DNA of 64,000 nt, taken from the NCBI RefSeq assembly GCF_988243305.1, contig NZ_OZ547136.1; one strand, written 5' to 3'. The translations under genes and the position numbers were made by a program. This document shows positions 9,447 to 19,094 of the stretch, in pieces (the stretch's first letter is position 1; every line of letters starts with the position of its first letter). The notes under the pieces were generated by a model that saw only the letters and a list, made by a program, of their open reading frames with translations, made no database searches and had not been told where the DNA came from.

Positions 9447-11827
9447 AGCATTGTCTCCAGTTCTTCCCTTAACGCCTTACTGTCAGTAATGAGCTCAGGA
9501 ACCCTTTCATTTAACGCCTGAAGACGCCCGGTCAGCCGTTCCTGCGCCTGCTGATCGCGTTTATGATCTTCAGAGCTCTGAATCAGCGTGTTACGCAGCT
9601 GTTCAACTTTCTCCCTGAATGTACAGAAAAAGGCATCGATTTCCTGGCGGACGGGCTGGTTAATATCCTGCTCAATGGATGCCTGCAGCTCCCCGAAATA
9701 TGCCCGGGTCAGTGACATCACTTCCTCTCTGACCTTGTTGATATTGATCACGCTGCGGCTCACATCCACACTGTACTCTTTCCAGCCCCAGTCACTGGTG
9801 TTTGCCCATCGACAAAGCGTACCCCAGACACCATCCTGTCGACAGCGACGGGTTACTGTCTCCGTTCTTTCCTCCATAAGCGCGCTCAGATTTGTTTTTA
9901 CTGCGAGCCGGGTCTGTAACTGGCTGACTGCCGGAAAACTGATTTTTACAGTGAAACCTTCATCCTCCAGACGGGCATTGATGCGTCCGGCAATATTTTC
10001 TGTGGCGTACAGGGCCGTACCACGAAAACCTGTTTCAATACCCCTGACGATTTTTTCCAGTTCAGGACGGAACTGTGCTTCAGCCTCACGGTGCAGGCTG
10101 GTCACGGTCGATTCGATTTGCGTCATCAGTTCAAGGGCTTCCCTGCGATCACTGAATTTTATTTCGGGGCTGTCCGGATCAAAGTCCCGCATCCTGTCAT
10201 GCTGATTTCCGGTTCCGAAAATATCGTGAAAGAAAGCGAATGCGTTTCTCTCCCGGGGCTGCGCTGAATTTTCTTCCTCCAGCATTTGCTGTTCTTTGCG
10301 TTTACCGCTTCTGAAATAGTCATTCAGCTCCTCTTCCAGTGAGGTGCAGACCCCCGTCAGTAATTCCCGGGTTCTGGCATCGATCTCCTCCATGGCCATT
10401 CTGACATCAGCGGTCACCTGCTCCTGACAGTCCGCGATTTCCCGGATATCCGCAAGCAGGCTGGTGATATGCGACTGCAGTGACTGAATGCTTTGCTGTA
10501 GCCCCTGATGGCGTAATGACAGATATTCGCTGACATTTTCCGCATTCTGCATCAGTTTTGCGGCGGCAGAATCAACCGCCAGTGCCGCCGCTCTGGAATG
10601 GGAGCTCTGTATGACTTCCGTTATCAGTTGATCGATAAGTGAGCCTTCCCACAGGTCTGTCGCCCCTTCGGTTGCCATTTCACTGTCTTTACAGACGTAT
10701 TCTTTTTTCATGCGACCGAAGGCTTCCCTGACAAAATCATCGACCCAGGCTTCATCAACAGGAAGGGTTCTGTTTTTCCGTAACTCATGAAGCGCACGGT
10801 TAGCCAGGTACGCCTGACGTGATGAGCCTGGATAAACGCGGGAGGCGGGCAGCACATCGCTGTTCAGCATTGCCGGAACTTTCTGGCGTACGGCATCTGC
10901 CCCATCGCCATTGCGGTCTTTCTCATCAAATTTATTGACCAGCACAAACAGGCGGCCAGCTGATACGTCAGCAATGGCATTAAGCTCTTTACGGACGTCT
11001 TCATCCGCTTTTGAGTTCATCTGGGTGTAATCCATCACCGCCAGCACCGCAGAGGCTTTCTGCAGTTGATCCCGCATCATCACTTCCATCTGCGGTTGTC
11101 CGGCCTCATTAGGGCCGGGGGTATCCAGCAGTGTGAGTGTTCCCTGGCATGGATCCATCCCCACCAGATGGCTGAATTCCACGTCGATCACCGGCAGTTT
11201 CTGCACTTCTGCGTATTCATCAAAAGGAAACTCACTCCCCATTGCCGCAGCAAGGCGAACCAGATCGTTTAACGATGCCAGTCCGGTAAAAATTTCCTCC
11301 TCCCCGTGGTATTCATTTTTGAGCCAGCCATCATTTGCCAGAATATCCAGCAGTTCGCAGGTATCCCCGGTTTGCTGCAGGGTCTGTGCGACTTGCTGTC
11401 CTGCCGGGGTGTCGAGTTTTTGTTTCAGTGTGCTTAATAAATTGCGGACGGGCTGAATATGTTCCAGATGGAGGACCGGCTCAGTTTTTCCGGGAACGTG
11501 GCGGATGAGCGTCGGTACAGAGGTCATGGGGCGGTTACGGTTAGGCAGAATTTCCTGCCCCACAATGGCGTTGATGGTGGTTGATTTACCTGCTTTCATC
11601 GTGCCGACAACAGCCAGCACCATCTCCCTGCGGGCGGTTTTGATTTGTTCGCCCTCCAGCTCCTCAATTCTTTTCAGTGCTTTCTGTTTATCAAAAAGCA
11701 GTCTGTTTTCGTTCTTACTGTCAGATAACACATCCGGCTCATCAACCATTTGCCGGAGCAGATTAATGTTCAGTTGCAAAAGTCGGTCGGCTTCATCACA
11801 AAGCAGGGCGATGTTCTTTTCGTGCAT
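9443..11827 (-). CDS. Dynamin-family GTPase, CrfC/YjdA-like bacterial dynamin-like protein (794 aa)
   Basis: G1 GTMKAGKST, G3 DTPG, G4 NKFD; N-terminal GTPase region resembles E. coli CrfC as recalled; long coiled-coil-rich C-terminus. Confidence 0.85.
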   Translation of the reverse strand: MHEKNIALLCDEADRLLQLNINLLRQMVDEPDVLSDSKNENRLLFDKQKALKRIEELEGEQIKTARREMVLAVVGTMKAGKSTTINAIVGQEILPNRNRPMTSVPTLIRHVPGKTEPVLHLEHIQPVRNLLSTLKQKLDTPAGQQVAQTLQQTGDTCELLDILANDGWLKNEYHGEEEIFTGLASLNDLVRLAAAMGSEFPFDEYAEVQKLPVIDVEFSHLVGMDPCQGTLTLLDTPGPNEAGQPQMEVMMRDQLQKASAVLAVMDYTQMNSKADEDVRKELNAIADVSAGRLFVLVNKFDEKDRNGDGADAVRQKVPAMLNSDVLPASRVYPGSSRQAYLANRALHELRKNRTLPVDEAWVDDFVREAFGRMKKEYVCKDSEMATEGATDLWEGSLIDQLITEVIQSSHSRAAALAVDSAAAKLMQNAENVSEYLSLRHQGLQQSIQSLQSHITSLLADIREIADCQEQVTADVRMAMEEIDARTRELLTGVCTSLEEELNDYFRSGKRKEQQMLEEENSAQPRERNAFAFFHDIFGTGNQHDRMRDFDPDSPEIKFSDRREALELMTQIESTVTSLHREAEAQFRPELEKIVRGIETGFRGTALYATENIAGRINARLEDEGFTVKISFPAVSQLQTRLAVKTNLSALMEERTETVTRRCRQDGVWGTLCRWANTSDWGWKEYSVDVSRSVININKVREEVMSLTRAYFGELQASIEQDINQPVRQEIDAFFCTFREKVEQLRNTLIQSSEDHKRDQQAQERLTGRLQALNERVPELITDSKALREELETML

Positions 11828-11884
11828 TATTTAACCTTCCTGAGACGCATTTTCATGACAACCACGGAGGAGGTCATTTACTAC

Positions 11885-11910
11885 AAACGATCGTTTATAA
11901 CGATCGATAT
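11885..11910. promoter_or_regulatory. Palindromic operator-like motifs upstream of the dynamin operon (AAACGATCGTTT, CGATCGAT)
   Basis: Perfect 12-bp palindrome plus adjacent palindrome in the 199-bp gap between the GTPase stop and the dynamin start. Confidence 0.3.
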
Positions 11911-12026
11911 ACTCTATTAACTTGAGAAACACAACGCAAGGGGACAACCCGGGTATGGCTGCGTTTGCATAGTGTTTTCATGGAGTTAAAAATCTGTAAC
12001 AATAGCCTGGTACATCACCACCGGGT

Positions 12027-12899
12027 TCAGAAGAAAATCCAGTTCCATACCGCGCGGGCAACAGAGACCACCGAGTCACGGACGGCTCGCAGAACCGTAC
12101 GAGCCACAGAGGCAACACAGACGCTCTCCGCTGTGTCAAATATCCGGTCCACCGCACCGGTAAACTGTTCACGGGCCTGAGAGCGGACAGACTCCGTGCG
12201 CAGTTCGTCCTGCAGGCGGGTCATCAGGGGGCTGGCGGCATGGTCGGGAAGCGCTGTCATGAGCGCACTGACCAGCGTATCCAGTTCCCAGCCGGTGCAG
12301 GCCGATACGGCCACAACCGGATGTACGGGCCGGAACAGCCGGAATACCGCCTCCGTTTTCTCACGAATGTTCTGTGCCTGTGCGGGAGAAGGCTGAATGC
12401 CGGCCATATCCCATTCATGGCAGGGCTCCGTTTTGTCGGCCTGCGTCACCACAAACAGCACCTGCTGATGTCCCCGGTGCAGGATGTGTCGCCAGAAATA
12501 CTCATCCACAGACAGGGCACGGTCATCGGCTTTAATCAGCCACAGTACCAGGTCAAGTTCAGGCAGAATGTCACGGTACAGGGCTTCATACTCTGCATCC
12601 CTGTCCCGGCTCTCGCCCACCCCGGGCAGGTCAGTGATAATCATGCTGTGACCGTGGCCACTCAGACGGAAGCGCCGCACTTCCCGGGTGCCGGCGTGAA
12701 CATCACTGACCGGGGTGACCTCCCCCTGAAACAGCGCATTACAGAGTGAGGATTTACCGGCCCCGCTTTTACCCATAATGCCAATCACGGGTTCGTGACT
12801 GGTGAGTTTGCGCAGATGTTCCTGGATGTGACGGGAAAGTGAGTAAGGCAGGGAGGAGAGCGGTTTTTCAATTGCCTCAATGGCATCAGACGGATTCAT
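12027..12899 (-). CDS. YfjP/YeeP/YkfA-family GTPase
   Basis: P-loop GIMGKSGAGKSS and DLPG motifs; conserved CP4-type gene; start taken at MNPSDAIE. Confidence 0.8.
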   Translation of the reverse strand: MNPSDAIEAIEKPLSSLPYSLSRHIQEHLRKLTSHEPVIGIMGKSGAGKSSLCNALFQGEVTPVSDVHAGTREVRRFRLSGHGHSMIITDLPGVGESRDRDAEYEALYRDILPELDLVLWLIKADDRALSVDEYFWRHILHRGHQQVLFVVTQADKTEPCHEWDMAGIQPSPAQAQNIREKTEAVFRLFRPVHPVVAVSACTGWELDTLVSALMTALPDHAASPLMTRLQDELRTESVRSQAREQFTGAVDRIFDTAESVCVASVARTVLRAVRDSVVSVARAVWNWIFF

Positions 12900-12983
12900 A
12901 CATGTATTCCCGGTGAAAAAAGACAAAACCCCCGCACACCGGAAAGGTGGCGGGGGACTCACAGAGATAATATATGTCTGAAA

Positions 12984-13901
12984 TTATCTGGAATGTCGGT
13001 ACCTTTTATACTCTTCAACAATCAGGTCATGCAGCATTTCGCCGGTACTGAGTCTTCTGACCCTCGATAATTCTTTGAGCTGCGCCCTGGTTTCTGCGTC
13101 AAGAAAAAACTGTACATTGACTTTATCTTCCTGCATTTTTTTGTACTTGCGCTGCGCCTTGGCCTTATTGAAACTGTTTCTGAAATTTTTTATATCGTCA
13201 GGTGAGGTGAGTGTACAGGTAACCCATATGTCAAATGAAAGGTGAATTGCGTGGTAAATATCAGCAGAACCAGGAAAACTGGCCAGTTTTTCCAGTGCAA
13301 TATTTTTTCCCTTCAAATAATTCCATGTCCATATGCATTCATGTTCGTTCTCCGGGAGGAGGTAACTGAAAGGACTCTTTGATTTAAATGCCCGTATCCA
13401 TCTGTCTTTGGTCTGGATTATCCACTCATCCCGCAAATTCTTATCAGAAAGAATATCGAGAACTCTGAGTATTTGTCTGAACTGTGTCGATGAGTCCGAC
13501 GGGAAGGCATTCCCTTCTAAATACTCTTCTTTAAGATACAGTTTATTCTTTTGAAGCAAGTCTGCACTTATTTTTGCCCTGTTATTCTGGATAAACTGCA
13601 TCAACAGATACCAGGAAAATAAGCATGCGCGTTCACTGCCCGCGATCCAGGATATTTTTTCCAGGGGGACCAGGAAGGCCTGGGCCTTCAGACGCATACC
13701 AGAAATGATTTGTTCAAGTTCAAAATCTGAAAGTGTGATGTTCAGATTTTCTCTGTTTTTTTTTATGTAAGCGATAAAACGTTCCGGGGGATCATAAACA
13801 TTAAGGGGCAGTACGGAGATATTACGCTCTCCAAGATAATAAGAGTAATACGCATTTGTTCTTTCATTCATAACCTTATCCGACAAAATTTTCTGAACCA
13901 T
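12984..13901 (-). CDS. Hypothetical protein (305 aa), AT-rich, with C-terminal ribbon-helix-helix-like segment
   Basis: Long ORF with low-GC codon usage; C-terminus VQFFLDAETRAQLKELSRVRRLSTGEMLHDLIVEEY resembles CopG/Arc-type RHH. Confidence 0.55.
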   Translation of the reverse strand: MVQKILSDKVMNERTNAYYSYYLGERNISVLPLNVYDPPERFIAYIKKNRENLNITLSDFELEQIISGMRLKAQAFLVPLEKISWIAGSERACLFSWYLLMQFIQNNRAKISADLLQKNKLYLKEEYLEGNAFPSDSSTQFRQILRVLDILSDKNLRDEWIIQTKDRWIRAFKSKSPFSYLLPENEHECIWTWNYLKGKNIALEKLASFPGSADIYHAIHLSFDIWVTCTLTSPDDIKNFRNSFNKAKAQRKYKKMQEDKVNVQFFLDAETRAQLKELSRVRRLSTGEMLHDLIVEEYKRYRHSR

Positions 13902-15101
13902 CCCCTTTCTCCGGTTGCTTAAAAATTAAACACAACAAGGTGATAATAACATGATAAAAAGAAGTTTATAATGGTATATTAAGGTGGTCAATAAAAAGGC
14001 AATCTGCGCACTGTATAGTCATTATGACAGGAAATGCAGGAGGAAGGGAAGGTAACCGGCTTCGTTATGCTGACAGGAATACCTGTTATCATGGAAGTGC
14101 ATTCATGTGGCCGACGTAGCTTAAGAGGATGGAAGAGTGGAGACTGCAGACAGGGGGTATTGAAAGGTAAACATGTTTCGCCCGCCAGCTGCACCGGAGG
14201 CCAGCATCACTTTTTTTACGTTGTAACCTGGTATGCATTCCGGCTTTGATGATTACAGTCAGAGGGCAGCAGACTGACGTTATTTAACCGGACAGCAAAA
14301 TTATGGACACTGAAATATCGTCCGTTAATACCTCGTTTGTCGGTGTGGTATTCCCTGTATTACCGGCGTCACCGATAAAGAGAGTTATAAACGCCAGAAA
14401 GGTACCTGCTTTATGCCGGGGAACACTTATGGAAAATGAAGTCTGAAAAGGAGCACAATGAAAAGAGACGTGTCCCGTAAATATAACGAATCATCGCAGG
14501 ATATGCATTATCAGGTGATACCAGAGTGCATTAAACTGCCGTCACGGATAAGAATATACAACATTTCTGATAACAAAACATCATAACGTGTTTCAGATAT
14601 GTTCCGGCATCAGTCTGACGGATATTATTTCCCGGGAAAACAAACCTGCTACTGTGACGGTTAACTGTATCTGCATAAATTATTTATGATGAAAGAACAG
14701 TATTACGGATTCAAATATCATCCTGTTTGCATTCAGGCGGACATTCCCGGATGCCGAAAAGAATATCCTGCAGGCTGAGTGAGTCTCTTCCACAGTGCCG
14801 GGATCGCTGTCGCCACGTACATATTGTCACCAGGATGGGTATGTACCGCAGCATGCCATTTCTGGTGAATAACCGCACCTGCACATTCAGTCTGCTGAGA
14901 ACCTGGCGTGCATCGGGCTGTAAAGAACATCCCTGTCCGTGGCTCCTCTGGTGGTGTTGCCTGCTCAGTAATGACAGGATGCCCTTAAGACGCCCGTCAT
15001 GGCTCAGTATGATGACGACGAACACGCTCTGCAGGTGAGCATGCGGGGCCGGGAGCATCATCATTTCCGTATTTTGTCACACCTTCCGGAAGCAACCGGC
15101 A

Positions 15102-15719
15102 TCAGTTGCGGTTATCGTCAACCGTTGTGCGGTATGCCAGGAGCACGTACTGATCCATCAGATCCGTCAGTGCTGCGCTCTGCCTCTGACGGTTGATGAT
15201 CCATTCCTCCAGCTCTTTTTCTGATTTCCGTTTCAGGTTCTCTTTCCAGTCTTCAAGGCTGTTTCCGGTCATTAAATCAAGCCAGCAAAGCCAGACCAGT
15301 TTGAGGCGCAACTCCGTGCCACCAAACTGACGGAAGAGGCTAATCAGTTTATTTGCCAGAGAACGCTGCCTCAGACGTTCACATTCAGACAGGAGAATGC
15401 CTTCCAGCATCGGATGATGAACCAGCAGATGTTCACTGGTGCATAAATTCACTATCAGATCATCATCCAGGGGCGGCGTGGCCCGTTTGTCAGGGCCATA
15501 AATCAGCCGGTGCAGGCTCTGGGGTACGATGGCAATCTCCGGTTTTTCACCATTGAATGACACCCACCCGGGCGTCAGATTATGGAAGTAGTAGATATTC
15601 GGATGACACACGCCCCAGGATACGGCGTGCCGGGTGAAGCCGGTCAGCCATTTCTGGTAGCTTTCGTGGAGCAGTTCGTAACGGGTCTGATACTGTTGTT
15701 TCATTTTCATATTCCTCAC
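15102..15719 (-). CDS. Hypothetical protein (205 aa) downstream of alpA
   Basis: ORF on the backbone strand; family not recognised. Confidence 0.45.
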   Translation of the reverse strand: MRNMKMKQQYQTRYELLHESYQKWLTGFTRHAVSWGVCHPNIYYFHNLTPGWVSFNGEKPEIAIVPQSLHRLIYGPDKRATPPLDDDLIVNLCTSEHLLVHHPMLEGILLSECERLRQRSLANKLISLFRQFGGTELRLKLVWLCWLDLMTGNSLEDWKENLKRKSEKELEEWIINRQRQSAALTDLMDQYVLLAYRTTVDDNRN

Positions 15720-15798
15720 GGGGATATAACAGGCAGCAGAATGCCGCCGGCAGGCCGGGGATTACGTCTGCTGCGGGTGAACGGATAACGGTCAGAAA

Positions 15799-16005
15799 TT
15801 ACGGACGGGACTGTGCAATACGCGCCTGCAGCCAGGCTTCCACTTCACTTTTCAGCCATCGGGAACTGCGGCCCAGCTTGATGGGGGCCGGAAAGGCCCC
15901 ATCCCTGATGAGTTTGTAAAACCACTTATCGGTCAGGCCAGTCAGTTGAGTGATAAACGCCATGTCGACCATCTGGTCATCCATCAGTGAAACTGGGGTG
16001 GTCAT
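15799..16005 (-). CDS. alpA: AlpA-family transcriptional regulator / excisionase-like protein
   Basis: MTTPVSLMDDQMVDMAFITQLTGLTDKWFYKLIRDGAFPAPIKLGRSSRW… matches AlpA. Confidence 0.8.
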   Translation of the reverse strand: MTTPVSLMDDQMVDMAFITQLTGLTDKWFYKLIRDGAFPAPIKLGRSSRWLKSEVEAWLQARIAQSRP

Positions 16006-16911
16006 GAGAATGTTCCTCCGGATGTTGTTAATCTCAACCGGCGTTGGTGATGAAAACAACGCACCACCTTCACCGGCATAACAACCGGGGAGAAACGTAA
16101 AAAATAATCGGGAATGTGACCGCCAGGAGATAAACGGGGGGATTGCGGTGGCTGAGCCGTACCGGTATGTCGGGTGGTTGTTGCGAAACGATGCTTCCGC
16201 ACGCGATAAAGGAGGGAGGACTTTCGTGAGACAAGGGGAAAACTAGCGTTCTGATAATTGCAGAGTTGTTTTTGAAGGCGGTTGTGGTATATCAGCCTGT
16301 GACCTGTGGGCAGGCGACAGTTATCACTGGTGGGATAATACTGTCTGATTGGTATTATAAATATATAAGAGAGATCAAACACATGAGATCAAACACATGA
16401 GTTCATATATGTGAAATAAATCTGTGAGTGTGATCAGCAGACCAGTCTACCCAGTAGCAACAGATTGCGTTGTACTCACAGGGTTATCCCTGATAACTGG
16501 CGTATAACCTGCGTACATAAAACGTACCTGCAATGCACCTGAACAGAGTGCATTAAGCATCCGCCTGAGCGGTAAACGTATCCGATCTGGTGAGTGACAG
16601 TCTGAGAGCATTCTCAGTAATCGCCCCCTTGTATCCTGGAAATTGGTTAAGATAACAGCGATTAGATTTGGCAAGGTGTATGCAGCCAGCAGCTTAACAT
16701 CTCAGCTAACTGGCTGGTTACCTTCAGGTTGTCGCAATGGCATCGGACATCCGGTGTCGGATAACTAAACGTAGCGTTAAGGCGATATTGCTGAGAGACC
16801 GGTTAAGTGGTTGCACGGGAGTAATGAGTTTGGGGAGGGCACCAGAATGCCAGGTTGGTGCGGTATGCTGACAGCATCCTGTTAACCGCAGCATAAAGTA
16901 ATGAGAGGCTA

Positions 16912-17124
16912 ATGGAAGTTAAAACCAAAGAAGACTGGCTGTATCAGCTCCGTCGTTGTTCATCCCGGGAGACACTGGAAAAAGTGATTTCCCACACACG
17001 TTATAAACTTACCCCTGCGGAGCTGGAAGCCTTCAACTCTGCGGTCGATCACCGGCTGGCAGAACTGACAATGAACAAGCTTTACGATCGCGTGCCGGCT
17101 TCAGTCTGGAAATATGTCATCTGA
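16912..17124 (+). CDS. Hha/YmoA-family nucleoid-associated modulator
   Basis: 70 aa; …[14 protein letters not shown]…VPASVWKYV closely parallels Hha/Cnu. Confidence 0.8.
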   Translation: MEVKTKEDWLYQLRRCSSRETLEKVISHTRYKLTPAELEAFNSAVDHRLAELTMNKLYDRVPASVWKYVI

Positions 17125-17720
17125 GCGTTCGGTAATCACAACGGCATCGCGCCAGGTGTTATCCGCTTTGTGATTCTTATTGGCTCTTCTCAGGTTATTA
17201 AAAGCTGAATATGTTCCTGTTGTCGGGAACCAGGATAATGTCGGGAACGTTAAGCTGTATAACGACAACAAAGAATTCGAAATCAAAAGGGAATGGTGTA
17301 CGGAGGTGTGGACGGTAATGGGCCGATTTTCGGGCATTACCGACCTCTGCTGAGGTTTTCTCGTATTTCTGGGGATCCGGTGAGTTACTGTCACTGTCTG
17401 GCACAGCAAGCGCAGAGGCGGCGGGGCGCTTTGCTCCGCTGATTCCGGATAATTCCTCCCCTGTAACCTACCGCAACAGTACAAATACACTGACGCCTGA
17501 AACGACAGCCAGAATCAGCACAAGCCACAATCCCTGCACACCGTTTTGCGTATCACCATAACGCCTCCTCACAGCCTTACCCGTAACCGGTTTTTTACAT
17601 TAAAAAAACAACGCTGGGAATTCAATCGTCAGTCCGGAGACGACAGTCGGGTTATCACAGAGTGCCTGAGACAGTGTCCTGCCGGAGGTCACCTCAGGGA
17701 CTCTGCACATTTTTTACAGC

Positions 17721-18326
17721 GTGGCTATTCCGTATGAACCATACGGAGATTTAACCATGACCTACAAATACAACCCCTTCTGGCAGCAACGTATTCGTGA
17801 GACGGTGCGGCACGCACTGAATGTTCATCCCCGCCTGACGGCATTGCGGGTTGACCTGCGTCTCCCGGATGTACCGGCAGCAACGGACGCAGCTGTGATA
17901 TCCCGCTTCATCAATGCCCTGAAAGCCCGAATCGACGCTTACCAGAAACGTAAGCATCGGGAAGGTAAACGCGTGCATCCCACAACCCTGCATTACGTCT
18001 GGGCCCGGGAGTTTGGGGAGTGCAAAGGTAAAAAACACTATCACCTGCTGCTGCTGGTCAACCGGGATACCTGGTGTCGTGCCGGTGATTACCGCGCTCC
18101 GGGGTCACTGGCCGGGATGATTAAACAGGCCTGGTGCAGTGCCCTGGGAGTGGATGCCGGACGTTATGACACGCTGGCACATTTTCCGGTCAGGCCGGCG
18201 GTGTGGCTGGAACGCGATGATGACACCGGCTTTCAGCAGGTGCTGGAGCGTGCTGACTATCTGGCGAAGGAGAGTACCAAAGCTTACGGCACCGGTGAGC
18301 GCAACTTTGGCTGCAGTCGTGGCTGA
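17721..18326 (+). CDS. YagK/YfjJ-family (inovirus Gp2-like) protein with HUH-like motif
   Basis: HYHLLLLVN His-hydrophobic-His motif; family assignment from memory; start may be the internal Met at 17757. Confidence 0.55.
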   Translation: MAIPYEPYGDLTMTYKYNPFWQQRIRETVRHALNVHPRLTALRVDLRLPDVPAATDAAVISRFINALKARIDAYQKRKHREGKRVHPTTLHYVWAREFGECKGKKHYHLLLLVNRDTWCRAGDYRAPGSLAGMIKQAWCSALGVDAGRYDTLAHFPVRPAVWLERDDDTGFQQVLERADYLAKESTKAYGTGERNFGCSRG

Positions 18327-18455
18327 GCCCGACAGACGACTTATCTGACTTCAGTGTGATGACGTGTTCACAGCGACCACACTGATTTTCCCTTCTGAGA
18401 CTGAACTGAAAACCGCCATTCACACCTGACCACGCTGCCCGTACCGGGACGGCTG

Positions 18456-19057
18456 TTGCCTGCGTGTCGTCTGGCGGTAAGGAACCACACTATGTACGCA
18501 AAATCTTTTCTCGCACTTGATGGCAACGGACGTCTGACCGGTGCCCGTACCGCACAGACCGCACCTTATGCTTACTACACCTGCCACCTTTGCGGCAGTG
18601 CACTCAGATACCACCCGCAGCACGACACGGAACGTCCCTGGTTTGAACACACTGACGACGGGCTGACGGAGCACGCGCAGCAATGTCCTTATGTCAGGCC
18701 GGAACGCAGAGAAATACGGTTGATTAAACGTCTGCAGCAATTCGTCCCGGATGCCTTACCCGTGGTACGTAAAGCCAGCTGGTACTGCAGGCAATGTCAC
18801 CACGATTATTATGGGGAGCAGTACTGCACACACTGCCAGACCGGGCGCTTCAGTGAGGACGGGGAGCAGAATGAACGGTATAAAAACGGGGCTGGGGATC
18901 ACGCCGGGTGAGCACATTATCAGTGCCGACTCTGCGCTCAGCAGAAATATCCGGCATTGTTTCTGCCTTTCCTGTCATGGCCGGTTGATTCTGCAGACAG
19001 ATGCTCAGGGGGCGTGGTTTGAGCACGATTTACATGCCCTGAGTGAGCAACAGAAGG
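18456..19057 (+). pseudogene. Disrupted gene for a Cys-rich protein with repeated C..C…WFEH modules; frameshifted and cut by IS66
   Basis: Two overlapping ORFs in different frames each carry CxxC…WFEH(D/T) modules; 3' end runs into the IS66 terminus. Confidence 0.4.
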
Positions 19058-19094
19058 GTAAGCGTGCAGCAAGAACCGTATTGACGGGGATGTG

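Noticed and set aside
9588-10205. 205-aa plus-strand ORF inside the dynamin gene
   Set aside because: Antisense to a well-supported GTPase gene; the translation is Ser/Cys-rich and low-complexity.
12240-12749. 169-aa plus-strand ORF
   Set aside because: Antisense to the YfjP-family GTPase gene, which has clear P-loop motifs.
16371-16400. Short tandem duplication GAGATCAAACACATGA x2 as a possible CRISPR-like or iteron repeat
   Set aside because: Only two copies with no spacer structure; more likely a simple slippage duplication. No CRISPR array was seen anywhere in the window.
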